From a virus: a stretch of 64,000 bases of DNA. Of the stretch, positions 39,057 through 48,045 are shown piece after piece (positions within the stretch are counted from its first letter, which is position 1; every line of letters starts with the position of its first letter). The translations under genes and the position numbers were made by a program. The stretch lies in IMG/VR virus record IMGVR_UViG_3300045988_036168, one strand, 5' to 3'. Below the pieces are notes generated by a model. It was not told where the DNA came from. It made no database searches and saw only the letters and a program-made list of their open reading frames with translations.

Positions 39057-39161
39057 CTATCTTTCCTCCGTCCTTGATTGCTCTGAGCGCGTCTTTAGCT
39101 CACGCAGAGAATGCTCGTGGTCGATCATCCACTGCAACTGGAACTTCTCGTAGTCGCTCAT
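39057..39161 (-). CDS. small ORF (34 aa), translationally coupled
   Basis: ATGA overlap with 39158..39490 stop; MSDYEKFQLQWMIDHEHSLRELKTRSEQSRTEER; below ORF-track size cutoff. Confidence 0.3.
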   Translation of the reverse strand: MSDYEKFQLQWMIDHEHSLRELKTRSEQSRTEER

Positions 39162-39490
39162 GTTTCAGCTTCTCCTTTCTTCGGCCAGCTCGGCCCGCAG
39201 TTGAAAACGAGGTACAGGTGCTCACCGTAGTCCTCGATCCTGTCGCCAGACTCTTCGAGTCCATGCAGGTACGCCGTGTTCACCACGTCAACTGCGAGCC
39301 GCAGCTTTCTTGTGACGATGTGGAAATCGTACCCGACCAGCACGATTACCTGATGAATGTCATCAAGGAACCCGTTCAGGTCAAACTCCACATCGGTCAC
39401 ACCGTCGATGCCAAGTAGGTCGCATTCAAGTGATGCGCACTTCTCGGTGATGCCGTACCGTTCGGCGATCCGTGTAGTCTCGTCGTTCAT
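39158..39490 (-). CDS. hypothetical protein
   Basis: 110 aa, co-oriented. Confidence 0.45.
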   Translation of the reverse strand: MNDETTRIAERYGITEKCASLECDLLGIDGVTDVEFDLNGFLDDIHQVIVLVGYDFHIVTRKLRLAVDVVNTAYLHGLEESGDRIEDYGEHLYLVFNCGPSWPKKGEAET

Positions 39491-39924
39491 CGAACCGCCC
39501 CTTTCACGTAGTACCGGCCAGCCTCCGCGACCGTGGTATCATCGAAGCAGTCGGTCATCGCACTACTGACCTTGCGGATCATCTCCGGGTCAAGGCCAGC
39601 ACGTTCCATTGCCATGATGGCGTAACCCTTGCAGGCGTCGTTGTTCCACGGTCCCTCAATCATCTGGGCCAGTACGCCAAGTCTTCCGGCTGCATAGCCC
39701 TCTGCTCGGATGCGCTCCACCGTCCTCTCGGGCAAGGCAATGCGCATGGATTTGCAGTCGAAGTCTTCGTCATCCGGGCTGCAGTCGAGCAGGCCAGCGA
39801 GCCTCTCTTCGATTGTGGCATCGTCCACCTCTTCCTCGATGTCCGTCGCCTCGAAGGCGTGATAGGTTTCGTAGGTGTCATGGCTTCTCTCTAAGCCGTA
39901 GTGCAGTTCAATTTCGTATGCCAT
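39487..39924 (-). CDS. hypothetical protein
   Basis: Start MAYEIE (RBS AGGAGGAG). Confidence 0.45.
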   Translation of the reverse strand: MAYEIELHYGLERSHDTYETYHAFEATDIEEEVDDATIEERLAGLLDCSPDDEDFDCKSMRIALPERTVERIRAEGYAAGRLGVLAQMIEGPWNNDACKGYAIMAMERAGLDPEMIRKVSSAMTDCFDDTTVAEAGRYYVKGAVR

Positions 39925-39926
39925 AT

Positions 39927-40793
39927 TCACTCCTCCTTGCCGTACTGCTTGAATGTGCTCAGGTCGTATGCCCCAGCCACGCCGTTGCATTCGATCTCGC
40001 GGTCGATGAAATCCTGATCCGTCAGGCTGATGGTTCCGTCGTTACTCAGGTCTGCCGCCTTTTCTTCGGCATCTTCACGTCCGTCAGCCCAAATAATCAC
40101 GCTTCTGGACAGCGTTTCTCGGACTGTCACGCTGTACGGGCGCAGACCGTCCACCGGCGCGTCCGTGGACTCCATCCAGCCATTCGCAGCGTCCACGAAC
40201 TTGGCCGTCAGTTCCTCCGCTGTCACATGGAGCGTCGGCCGGTCGGCGGTAGGCTCAACGCCTACCCACTCAAACCACGGATGGTCCGCCTCGGTGACGC
40301 TGCCAAAACGGTCATCAGGCAAACCGACCTGCGACGGGATGAAGTAAACGCCTTCATCGAGGCTGTCCTCGATGGCCTTTTCCTGTTCCTCGCTCACGCT
40401 GCCGGCAATCACGACTTCGTGGCGAACCTTGTAGTTGTCTGCGTCGCGGTAAAGGTAGCTGATCTTGGTGTTGACCCGTGCCAGCCAGCCAAGCGTGTCG
40501 TTCATCGCTTCATCAAGCGACGCATACGGGTTTCGGACGTTGGCATTTTCATTGAAGCCGTTGACCACGTGCAACATGGCCTCCTCAATGCTCCGATAGC
40601 GCCTGCAGATGGTTTCCGCCGTTCCCTTGTGGTGCCCAGCAACCCCGAATGTGAACGGCTGGTAGCTGTCGTCCTCCTTGTGAATGCCGAGGCTCCAGTG
40701 CTTGTACTCGAAGAGCTCGTTGTGCCCTGCCTCCCAGCCGCCAGCCTCCTTGAGCCACTGCAGTATCAGTTCTTTTGTCAGGCGTCTGCTCAT
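39927..40793 (-). CDS. hypothetical protein (288 aa)
   Basis: Co-oriented; YRDADNYK and DHPWFEW segments not assigned. Confidence 0.45.
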   Translation of the reverse strand: MSRRLTKELILQWLKEAGGWEAGHNELFEYKHWSLGIHKEDDSYQPFTFGVAGHHKGTAETICRRYRSIEEAMLHVVNGFNENANVRNPYASLDEAMNDTLGWLARVNTKISYLYRDADNYKVRHEVVIAGSVSEEQEKAIEDSLDEGVYFIPSQVGLPDDRFGSVTEADHPWFEWVGVEPTADRPTLHVTAEELTAKFVDAANGWMESTDAPVDGLRPYSVTVRETLSRSVIIWADGREDAEEKAADLSNDGTISLTDQDFIDREIECNGVAGAYDLSTFKQYGKEE

Positions 40794-40904
40794 GCTTCTT
40801 CCTCCTCGTCTAAATTGTAGTGATGGATAACGGTCGGCTCGTCATGCCCAATGTCATATACGGTTGCCCGCAAGCCCCTTCCAAATCGTTAGATTTGGTG
40901 GGGG

Positions 40905-41375
40905 TTATTGACCAACAATTTTCGTGACCCATTCCGCCTTGATGAGCGGGATATGCGTTACTGGCAGCTCAAACATCTTACCGTTCGGCTTCAGCAAATC
41001 CCGTTTGGCAAGCGGCAAAATCATCGAATCTCCGAAGCCAAAAATAAGGTCGCTGAAACGGTAGAAATCTACTGTAAGTGTTGGAATCTCCTCCGGCACA
41101 TTCACCACCAGCATTTCTCTGCCGGGGAAATATGCCCCGGACGGCATACCGGCCTTTCGGACAGCTTCGCGAAGCGCATTAAGGTTCTCAAAGGCGTAGC
41201 CAAAGATAAGCCCCAGAGCACTTGTCGCGTTGTGCTCGTTAAACGTATCCAATAGATACCGATACGCTTTTGCATTCGGGTCTGCCAGAGGATGCTTCGA
41301 CCAATCAGGAACGACGTCCTTTCCGCATTTGATTGCGGATACCCTGCTGGCAGGCTGCGCTGTATAAAACCTCAT
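40905..41375 (-). CDS. hypothetical protein
   Basis: 156 aa, co-oriented. Confidence 0.45.
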   Translation of the reverse strand: MRFYTAQPASRVSAIKCGKDVVPDWSKHPLADPNAKAYRYLLDTFNEHNATSALGLIFGYAFENLNALREAVRKAGMPSGAYFPGREMLVVNVPEEIPTLTVDFYRFSDLIFGFGDSMILPLAKRDLLKPNGKMFELPVTHIPLIKAEWVTKIVGQ

Positions 41376-41587
41376 GCCTGCTCTCCTGCGCCAAACAGAA
41401 ATGTCTCCTGCTGGCGGTAGTAGGCCAGCGCTTCTGAGAAGCGGCTTGCCGTAAACGTCTTCGTCTGCTGGGTGTGCGCCTTCTTGTTCCAGACATTGAC
41501 GGTCAGCTCGATATACTCCAGCTCGTAGTTGATGTTCAGGTTCATACTGATGTTGAAGTCCTGCTCGTCCCGGACTTTCAGAATCAT
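41372..41587 (-). CDS. hypothetical protein
   Basis: Start MILKVRD (RBS GAGGAGGGAG). Confidence 0.4.
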   Translation of the reverse strand: MILKVRDEQDFNISMNLNINYELEYIELTVNVWNKKAHTQQTKTFTASRFSEALAYYRQQETFLFGAGEQA

Positions 41588-41600
41588 GTCTTCTCCCTCC

Positions 41601-41900
41601 TCAATACTTACACTTGATGCCGAAGTCATTCTCGATACAACTCTGAATGAGCTGGCCCATTCGCCACACCTGATCCGATACGAGCGTGTAGCCGCCGATG
41701 CCCCAGTGCCACGAGAAGCTCTTGCCGTTCTTTCGGAACAACGTGCAGGTCACATCTCTTCCTTTCGTCAGGCGCATCATCACTTCATCGCCATTGAAGC
41801 AGCCGAGCGAGATCAGGTTCATTTCCTGCCCGTCTTTCACCTTCAGTACCACACAGGCATCGTTGTTTGACAACAGTTCCACCATGTCCTTCAGTTTCAT
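41601..41900 (-). CDS. hypothetical protein
   Basis: Start MKLKDMV (RBS AAGGAGG). Confidence 0.4.
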   Translation of the reverse strand: MKLKDMVELLSNNDACVVLKVKDGQEMNLISLGCFNGDEVMMRLTKGRDVTCTLFRKNGKSFSWHWGIGGYTLVSDQVWRMGQLIQSCIENDFGIKCKY

Positions 41901-41913
41901 TTCGCATTCCTCC

Positions 41914-42210
41914 TTATCTCTTATGTACGGCATAGACCGTCATCCCTGCGCTGTTCTTCACAACGCGATCCTCGAACTCCTGCTCCGACATCGGTTCAAG
42001 ATAGAAGCGAACCGTATCCAGATTCCCGTCGCTGTCGTATTCCTTCACGCCGTACAGGACGTGGTCTGCGCCGGTCTCTTTCAGAATCTTGAGGGCTTCA
42101 GCCTCGAACTTCTGAAGCTCCCGCCCAACATCTCGGATCGGCATTTGCCCGAACGCTACCAGTCCGTTCTCTGTCCAATGTCTCCACCGAACCCAGCCGC
42201 CATTTTTCAT
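41914..42210 (-). CDS. hypothetical protein
   Basis: RBS GGAAGGAG; ATGA overlap with upstream gene. Confidence 0.4.
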   Translation of the reverse strand: MKNGGWVRWRHWTENGLVAFGQMPIRDVGRELQKFEAEALKILKETGADHVLYGVKEYDSDGNLDTVRFYLEPMSEQEFEDRVVKNSAGMTVYAVHKR

Positions 42211-42575
42211 ACCGCATATCTCCTTCCGCTCAGGACATCGACCACCGTAGTTCCGGCACCGAAAGCCGATCTCATTTCGTGCATCTCTTCGCTGCTGGGC
42301 TGCCGACTGGCGTAACCTTTCAGAGCCTCCCGCACCTCTGCTTCGTAGGTGGCGCGAGTGGCGGACACGTTCACGCAGTCAGGAGCGACCAGCTCAACCT
42401 TTTCGAGCATATCGTCAGCCAGCGCACGGCCAATGCTGTTGCGGGCAACGCCGTCGGCGTCAATGGTAATCTTGCACGAGTCCAAGTCGGACTTCACGCG
42501 CTCAAGTTCCTTCTTGGCTTCGGTCTGCCAGAACTGGCCGAGCTTCCCGCTGAGTTCCATCTGAAATCTGGTCAT
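42207..42575 (-). CDS. hypothetical protein, first gene after consensus promoter
   Basis: RBS AGGAGGAAA; 122 aa. Confidence 0.45.
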   Translation of the reverse strand: MTRFQMELSGKLGQFWQTEAKKELERVKSDLDSCKITIDADGVARNSIGRALADDMLEKVELVAPDCVNVSATRATYEAEVREALKGYASRQPSSEEMHEMRSAFGAGTTVVDVLSGRRYAV

Positions 42576-42590
42576 CGTTATTTCCTCCTA

Positions 42591-42624
42591 CTGGTTATCT
42601 TAAATTATCCATCTGGTTATCTTA
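42591..42624. repeat. 12-bp direct repeat CTGGTTATCTTA x2 bracketing operator-like site ATTATCC-ATCT-GGTTATC
   Basis: Copies 42591-42602 and 42613-42624 (22-bp period); 42604-42621 resembles the operator motif at 55593 and 55933. Confidence 0.5.
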
Positions 42625-42631
42625 TGAGTAT

Positions 42632-42659
42632 ATTATACTGCGTTACCTACCTAAGTCAA
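42632..42659 (-). promoter_or_regulatory. near-consensus sigma-70 promoter
   Basis: Minus strand TTGACT - 16 nt - TATAAT in a visibly AT-rich intergenic island. Confidence 0.6.
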
Positions 42660-42729
42660 TAGATTTACGTTAATTTTTCTATATTATTTCCATAATCATA
42701 AATTATTCCGTTAATGTTATCAGCAGGCA

Positions 42730-42757
42730 GAAAAAGAGCAGGCCGCAAAGCCTGCTC
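42730..42757 (-). terminator. rho-independent terminator after the sigma/ArpU-like gene
   Basis: GAGCAGGC-6 nt-GCCTGCTC followed by UUUUU on minus strand. Confidence 0.7.
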
Positions 42758-42765
42758 TCGGTTTC

Positions 42766-43284
42766 CTATTCAGTTTCGTCGTAGTCGTCGGGGTTCCACA
42801 TCAGGCCGTTATCTTCGATGTACTGGGCCATGCTCAATAAAGCTCTGCCGTGGAGTTTGAACACCCGCTTGCGGTACATATCCTCCCGTTCCAACAGATC
42901 CTCCTCGTCCCCGTACAGCAGATCCACCACATCGCCCCAGCTTGCCCCGTCGAGGTATCGGCTTCGGATGACAGCCCGCTCGTCGGAGTGTTTCAGCCGA
43001 CGGATGATTTTCTCGAAGAACATCCTCTCCCGCCGTCTGTGTTCCAGCGTCGCCCGGATGTCTTCCTCAAGGTCGAACTTCTGCTGCATCAAGTCTGAGA
43101 TGCGGTCGTTGGATGGGCTCGGCGATTTTGGCATATCCGTGAGGGCTTGGGCTCCCACGCCTACCAGCTTCGTCTCCAACCGCTCCAGCCTCTCGGACTG
43201 ATTTTCGATTTCACGCCTCAGATCACGGAGGTCTATCAGCCGTTGCTTGACGGCCTCGACGTCGTAGTGTTTTTCCTCGTTCAT
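42766..43284 (-). CDS. phage transcriptional activator (sigma-70 region-4-like / ArpU-RinA type)
   Basis: C-terminal ERAVIRSRYLDGASWGDVVDLL HTH pattern; coiled N-terminus. Confidence 0.5.
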   Translation of the reverse strand: MNEEKHYDVEAVKQRLIDLRDLRREIENQSERLERLETKLVGVGAQALTDMPKSPSPSNDRISDLMQQKFDLEEDIRATLEHRRRERMFFEKIIRRLKHSDERAVIRSRYLDGASWGDVVDLLYGDEEDLLEREDMYRKRVFKLHGRALLSMAQYIEDNGLMWNPDDYDETE

Positions 43285-43333
43285 AGAGTTCGGAAGCCCC
43301 GTTCACCTCACTTTCGCTCTGGCCCCGCGAGGC

Positions 43334-43666
43334 TCACGCCTGCTTGACCCACTCATACCTCTTCTCGAAGGGCTCAAAGTCCTTCTCTCCGAGGATGCCC
43401 TTCAAGTTCATGTCCATCTTGATCTGCCAATAGTCCTGCTCGTCACCCTTCTCCAGAGCGCCGTGGTACTTGTCGAAGACCTTGCCCCACGCCTCCACCA
43501 CGCGGCGGATGCGCTTCTCGCCGAAGACATCCTTCCCCATGACGGCTGGGTCGTTCAAGGTGAGAATGAGCGTATCGGTCATAAACTGGATGTACGTCTC
43601 TTTCTCAGCCTGCCGGTAGACGTTGACCGTGTTCCTCTGCCGTTGCAGGTATCCGTTCTTTCCCAT
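43334..43666 (-). CDS. hypothetical protein
   Basis: 110 aa, co-oriented. Confidence 0.45.
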   Translation of the reverse strand: MGKNGYLQRQRNTVNVYRQAEKETYIQFMTDTLILTLNDPAVMGKDVFGEKRIRRVVEAWGKVFDKYHGALEKGDEQDYWQIKMDMNLKGILGEKDFEPFEKRYEWVKQA

Positions 43667-43678
43667 GACTATCCCTCC

Positions 43679-44851
43679 TTATGACGATGCTTTGAAGTTG
43701 TAGATGGGCCTGATAATCTCCAGCACGTCGCAGGTCGGGCCGATGCAGCCCATGATCTCCTTCGTGTCCTTGTAGGCGAACGGCGCCTCGTCTATGGTGT
43801 CGTAGCTGATACAGGAGCTATGCACGTTCCGCATCGTCTCTCGGTAGGCTCCGAGAGAAATAGACTCTCGGGCTTTGCTGCGGGACATCAGGCGGCCAGC
43901 TCCATGCGGTGCCGACTGGTTCCAATCGTCGTTGCCCTTGCCGACGCAGATCAGAGAACCGTCGCGCATATTCATCGGAATAATCAGGCGCTCGCCCTTC
44001 TTAGCAGACACAGCACCTTTCCGCAGGATCATGCTCTCGTGGTCAATGTAGTTGTGCACGGTCGTAAACTGCTCCTGCGGGACGATGTGCATAGCTTTCA
44101 GGATGGCCTTTGCGATGGCCTGACGGTTGGCCTCCGCATAACGCTGGATGATCTCCATGTCGTTCAGGTAATCGTCCATCAGTTCGCCGGTCAGGTACGC
44201 GAGGTCGGGTGCCCCGAAGTCGCTGTGCTGTTTTCTCAGTTCTTCCAGCGCACCGGCGATTTCCTTCTGCCGGCCAGCAGCCTTGTACTCGGTGACAACA
44301 CGGCTGATTTCCTCACTGGTGGGCTTTGTCATGGCCTCCATCGCTCTGCGCTGGTGCCAGTTCGCCACCTCAAGGCCGAGCTTTCGGCTGCCGGTGTGGA
44401 TCACCAGCCAGAGGCCGCCGCTCTTATCCTTGTCAACCTCGATGAAGTGATTGCCACCGCCGAGCGTCCCGATGCTGAGGAGCGCACGGCTGTTGTCGAT
44501 GCCGACGCATTTCAGGCCGCTCAGGTCGAACCACTCCTTCGGGTAGTTGTGAGTACAGAAACCGGCCGGCACATTCCAGCGGATGGCCTTGTCCAGCTCG
44601 TCAAGGTCGAGCCTCACCCGCCCCAGCTTGACGGCCAGCATACCGCAGCCGATGTCCACGCCCACGAGGTTCGGGCAGACGCGGTCGTGAATGGTCATCG
44701 TCGTTCCGATAGTACACCCAGCGCCGGCGTGAACGTCGGGCATGATCCGTACCTTGGAGCCGTCACTCACGGGATGGCGGGACAGCTTCTCAATCTGCTC
44801 CGTCGCTTCCTGCTCGATGGTCTTCGCAAAAATCTTCACATCATTGGTCAT
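43679..44851 (-). CDS. rtcB: RNA 3'-phosphate/5'-OH ligase RtcB
   Basis: PDVHAGAGCTIG, GCGM, GGGNHFIE, HTGSR, PHGAGR motifs. Confidence 0.9.
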   Translation of the reverse strand: MTNDVKIFAKTIEQEATEQIEKLSRHPVSDGSKVRIMPDVHAGAGCTIGTTMTIHDRVCPNLVGVDIGCGMLAVKLGRVRLDLDELDKAIRWNVPAGFCTHNYPKEWFDLSGLKCVGIDNSRALLSIGTLGGGNHFIEVDKDKSGGLWLVIHTGSRKLGLEVANWHQRRAMEAMTKPTSEEISRVVTEYKAAGRQKEIAGALEELRKQHSDFGAPDLAYLTGELMDDYLNDMEIIQRYAEANRQAIAKAILKAMHIVPQEQFTTVHNYIDHESMILRKGAVSAKKGERLIIPMNMRDGSLICVGKGNDDWNQSAPHGAGRLMSRSKARESISLGAYRETMRNVHSSCISYDTIDEAPFAYKDTKEIMGCIGPTCDVLEIIRPIYNFKASS

Positions 44852-44863
44852 CGTCTTTTCCTT

Positions 44864-45637
44864 TCACTCGCTCCACGGAAACTCTGTGATAATGTCGTCA
44901 CCCCAAATGGGCTTCATACTGTCTTTCATGAACACCGGCTTCCCGGTCGAGCGAGCGTATTCGACAACAGCCTCGATCCACTCGCGTTTCGGAGTGACTT
45001 TGCCTTTCCGGTTTCCTGTTTCAGCTCCGAGTATGAACCAGTCGATGTTCTTCATCTCGTCAGCTACAATCTTTCCGTCGAACGAGCCGAGAACCGGCTC
45101 CATGCTCGCAAAGGTGTGGTGCCGATCAGACCAGAACATCGGCATTTCGTCATCGGTCGCCGTAGATCCGTACCAGTAATCATCCCCCTCCGGCAGCAAG
45201 CCAGCTTTGTAGAGGTCGATGTACCGCTGCGGGTTCTTTGTGAGGAACAGGTATCTGTGTCCGGGAGCTTCCTTGCAGGCGTCGAACACCTTCTTGATCC
45301 ACTCGTCAGGCACCCAGTCCCCGAACAGGTCGGCCATCGAACAAACGAAAATGGTCTTTCCAAGCCCCTTCGTCAACGGGTCGTTGAGGCGGTACTCGTG
45401 GAACGTCGGCGTAAAGCCGAAGGGGTAGGCCGCGTTTCTGGTGACACCGTCCTTGCTGGTGACGGTCAGGCGTTCCTTCAGGTACACCACGTTCTCGTCA
45501 GTCTCTCCACCGGCCGCACAGTCGCAGCCTTTGAAGCGGTTCGCGGTCGATCTGGCATAGCAATACGGACAGGAATGATAGCAGCCGCTCACGGGATTCC
45601 ATGTGCTGTCGCACCACTCGATCTTACTCTTTTCCAT
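44864..45637 (-). CDS. phage Gp37/Gp68 (DUF5131) protein with radical-SAM-like Cx3Cx2C
   Basis: IEWCDSTWNPVSGCYHSCPYCYA N-terminus. Confidence 0.7.
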   Translation of the reverse strand: MEKSKIEWCDSTWNPVSGCYHSCPYCYARSTANRFKGCDCAAGGETDENVVYLKERLTVTSKDGVTRNAAYPFGFTPTFHEYRLNDPLTKGLGKTIFVCSMADLFGDWVPDEWIKKVFDACKEAPGHRYLFLTKNPQRYIDLYKAGLLPEGDDYWYGSTATDDEMPMFWSDRHHTFASMEPVLGSFDGKIVADEMKNIDWFILGAETGNRKGKVTPKREWIEAVVEYARSTGKPVFMKDSMKPIWGDDIITEFPWSE

Positions 45638-45651
45638 TCGATGCTCTCCTA

Positions 45652-46089
45652 TCAGAACGGGAGTTCGCCGGCGTCATCATCGGCAATCTCCGAAAAATCT
45701 CCGCTTGGCTGCTGGTAGCCGTTGTCGTAACCGCCGCCATAGCCGCCGCCAGACCGATTGCCGCCGTCCTTGTTGCTGTCCCCGAAATAGACATTGTCAG
45801 CCACAACCTCCGCGCTGCGGCGGTTATTGCCCTCCTTGTCCTTCCAGTCGCGGATCTGGAGCCGGCCTTCCACGACGGCCATGCGCCCCTTCGTGAAATA
45901 CTTGCTCACGAACTCGGCGGTGTTTCTCCACGCGACCACGTCGATGAAGTCCGTTTCTTTCTCGCCGCCCTGCCCCTTGAAGTCGCGGTCAACGGCCAGC
46001 GCAAACGAGGTCACGGCCGTCCCGCTTCCGGTGCGCCGCAGTTCGGGGTCACGGGTCAATCTGCCCATCAAGATTATCTTGTTCAGCAT
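45652..46089 (-). CDS. ssb: single-stranded DNA-binding protein
   Basis: MLNKIILMGRLTRDPELR OB-fold start, Gly-rich linker, acidic tail DDDAGELPF. Confidence 0.9.
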   Translation of the reverse strand: MLNKIILMGRLTRDPELRRTGSGTAVTSFALAVDRDFKGQGGEKETDFIDVVAWRNTAEFVSKYFTKGRMAVVEGRLQIRDWKDKEGNNRRSAEVVADNVYFGDSNKDGGNRSGGGYGGGYDNGYQQPSGDFSEIADDDAGELPF

Positions 46090-46777
46090 TCTCGGTATCT
46101 TCCTTTCGTTTCAGTCTGTATAGCTTGCACAGGTGCTTATCCAGCAGGACGCCTCTCGTGAGGTGGTGCTTCTTCTGGAACGTCAGCCACCCTATTACGT
46201 GGACTTCGGAATGGTGCTCCCTGCAAAGCGGGAGCACCTCCATTCCCTCGTGAATGATCTCCTCGCGGTCGCGGCCCGCGCCGACATGATCGACGTGGTG
46301 CAGGTCGCACGGTTTCCCGCAGATGCAGCACTTCTTGCTCACCAAGCAAGCGTACACATAGTCCTGAACATCATCCACGAAATCGAGCAGAGAGAAGCTG
46401 CACGGAATGTCCCAGTCGAGGATGAACCGCACCAAAAACCGCTGGAACGCACACACAAGGCTCATAGGGGCGTTGCTCAGGGAGAACATCTGGTCAGCCG
46501 TCTCCTGCAGGTCTTCTGCGATGAACTTCAGCTTCATGTACTCCTTGGTCGGGTCAAGCCCCATGCCGGTGTAGTTCGAGATCTCTCGAATGAGCTTGTA
46601 ACAGGTGCGCCTCTGCTTATCGGACAGCGGGCGGCTGTCGATCATCTGGATATTGCACTCCTTGTACTCGCGCTTCAGGAGCATCGGCCAGTCGTCGTAG
46701 CGGGCCTTGATGGTCACGATGCCGTGCTTGTCGATGTCAACGATCCTACCTCGCACTATGTCGATTGGGCTTTTCAT
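46049..46777 (-). CDS. HNH-type nuclease-motif protein (DUF968-like)
   Basis: CCICGKPCDLHHVDH...LPLCREHHSEVH. Confidence 0.55.
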   Translation of the reverse strand: MKSPIDIVRGRIVDIDKHGIVTIKARYDDWPMLLKREYKECNIQMIDSRPLSDKQRRTCYKLIREISNYTGMGLDPTKEYMKLKFIAEDLQETADQMFSLSNAPMSLVCAFQRFLVRFILDWDIPCSFSLLDFVDDVQDYVYACLVSKKCCICGKPCDLHHVDHVGAGRDREEIIHEGMEVLPLCREHHSEVHVIGWLTFQKKHHLTRGVLLDKHLCKLYRLKRKEDTENAEQDNLDGQIDP

Positions 46778-46810
46778 GCCAGCCCTCCTCTCTGCTCAAA
46801 TCGCGGTTCG

Positions 46811-47800
46811 TTACGCCTCGGGTTCGTCGTACTCGTAGCCGTTGGGCTCGTTCTCGTCAGCAGGCTCCTCGGTGACAGGCTCTTCCTCTGCGGCAGCGTC
46901 GGTCGCATCCGTCTCCTCGGTCGGCTCCTCTTCGCCCGAAGCCTCTTCCTCGGCGGCACCCTCCATGCCGACATGGGGAGAGTCGATGTCGAACAGAACC
47001 TCGCTGCAATCCTCACACTCAATGGAGATGTTCACGATCTCGTCATCGCCGTAGCCGACGCACACGACGGCGTGACCGACATGGGGGCTCAGCTTCTCAG
47101 CGGAGCAGTAGAACGGGTTCTCGGGGCTGGTCGCGGAGGACAGGACAACCTTGTTGCCCTGCGTACGGACGGTGTAATTGCCCATCGCCTCGGTGACGTT
47201 CATCGTCTCACCGATGAACTGGCGGAGCCAACCGAAGGGCTTGGACGGATCATGCGCGGGGTCGATGGCTTTCTCCTCAAACTCGCCAGCAGCGTCAGGA
47301 GTGGCATCCTCTGCGTCTGCGGGTGCAACTTCCTCTCCGTTGATGACGTGGCTCTCTGAGGCCGCAGGAAGCCCTCTGGGCCCTTCGTCAACGACGTCAT
47401 ATTGGGTGTTGGCGAAGTCAGCAGAATCGCCGTCACCATCAAAGAGTGTGGTCTGGCCGTTGTCGATGTCGCGGTAGAAATACTGGCCGCTGGCCTTATC
47501 GAAGACCAGCTCGAAGTTACCGGAGAAGCTGCCGCTCTTCTTCTCCTTGCGCTGGATGACGTAGGCGACGGTGTGGTCGAACTTCGGCTTCGTCACCTCT
47601 CTGGTCTGATGGCCGCCGGCCACGGTGTAGTCGGGGGCCGAGTCATCGGTGAGGGTGATTTTGACCTTAATGTTGATCTCGCCGGTGTTCTGCTCCGTCT
47701 CGATCATGCCAGCCAGCACGTCGCGGAGCGTGGTGTCGAAGTCAGCGCACAGGCTGTTGAAAGCCTCGCCTCTCAGGGACAGAGAATAGTCCTTGCTCAT
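46811..47800 (-). CDS. hypothetical protein with strongly acidic C-terminal tail
   Basis: Start MSKDYS (RBS AAGGAGG); tail EEEASGEEEPTEETDATDAAAEEEPVTEEPADENEPNGYEYDEPEA. Confidence 0.5.
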   Translation of the reverse strand: MSKDYSLSLRGEAFNSLCADFDTTLRDVLAGMIETEQNTGEINIKVKITLTDDSAPDYTVAGGHQTREVTKPKFDHTVAYVIQRKEKKSGSFSGNFELVFDKASGQYFYRDIDNGQTTLFDGDGDSADFANTQYDVVDEGPRGLPAASESHVINGEEVAPADAEDATPDAAGEFEEKAIDPAHDPSKPFGWLRQFIGETMNVTEAMGNYTVRTQGNKVVLSSATSPENPFYCSAEKLSPHVGHAVVCVGYGDDEIVNISIECEDCSEVLFDIDSPHVGMEGAAEEEASGEEEPTEETDATDAAAEEEPVTEEPADENEPNGYEYDEPEA

Positions 47801-47814
47801 GGTATTTTCCTCCT

Positions 47815-48045
47815 TCATTTTGTCGTGTCGCGGATGTACTTGTTTCGGCAGGCTTCACAGCAGAAGTCGTGCCACTCGCCATCCACCTTCGTCGTGATCC
47901 ATCCGAGCCGCTCCCGCAGCTCTTTCCGGTGGGCCTTCGAGTCGATGTCCTCGCTATCGAACGGGAACGAAACGTCCTTGCCACAGCAGTCGCACGAGTA
48001 CACGGCTTCGCCTTCCCAATAGCCGCTAAACTCCAGATCTCTCAT
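47815..48045 (-). CDS. small Cys-rich (zinc-ribbon-like) protein
   Basis: CDCCGK...FCCEACRNKY; 76 aa. Confidence 0.45.
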   Translation of the reverse strand: MRDLEFSGYWEGEAVYSCDCCGKDVSFPFDSEDIDSKAHRKELRERLGWITTKVDGEWHDFCCEACRNKYIRDTTK

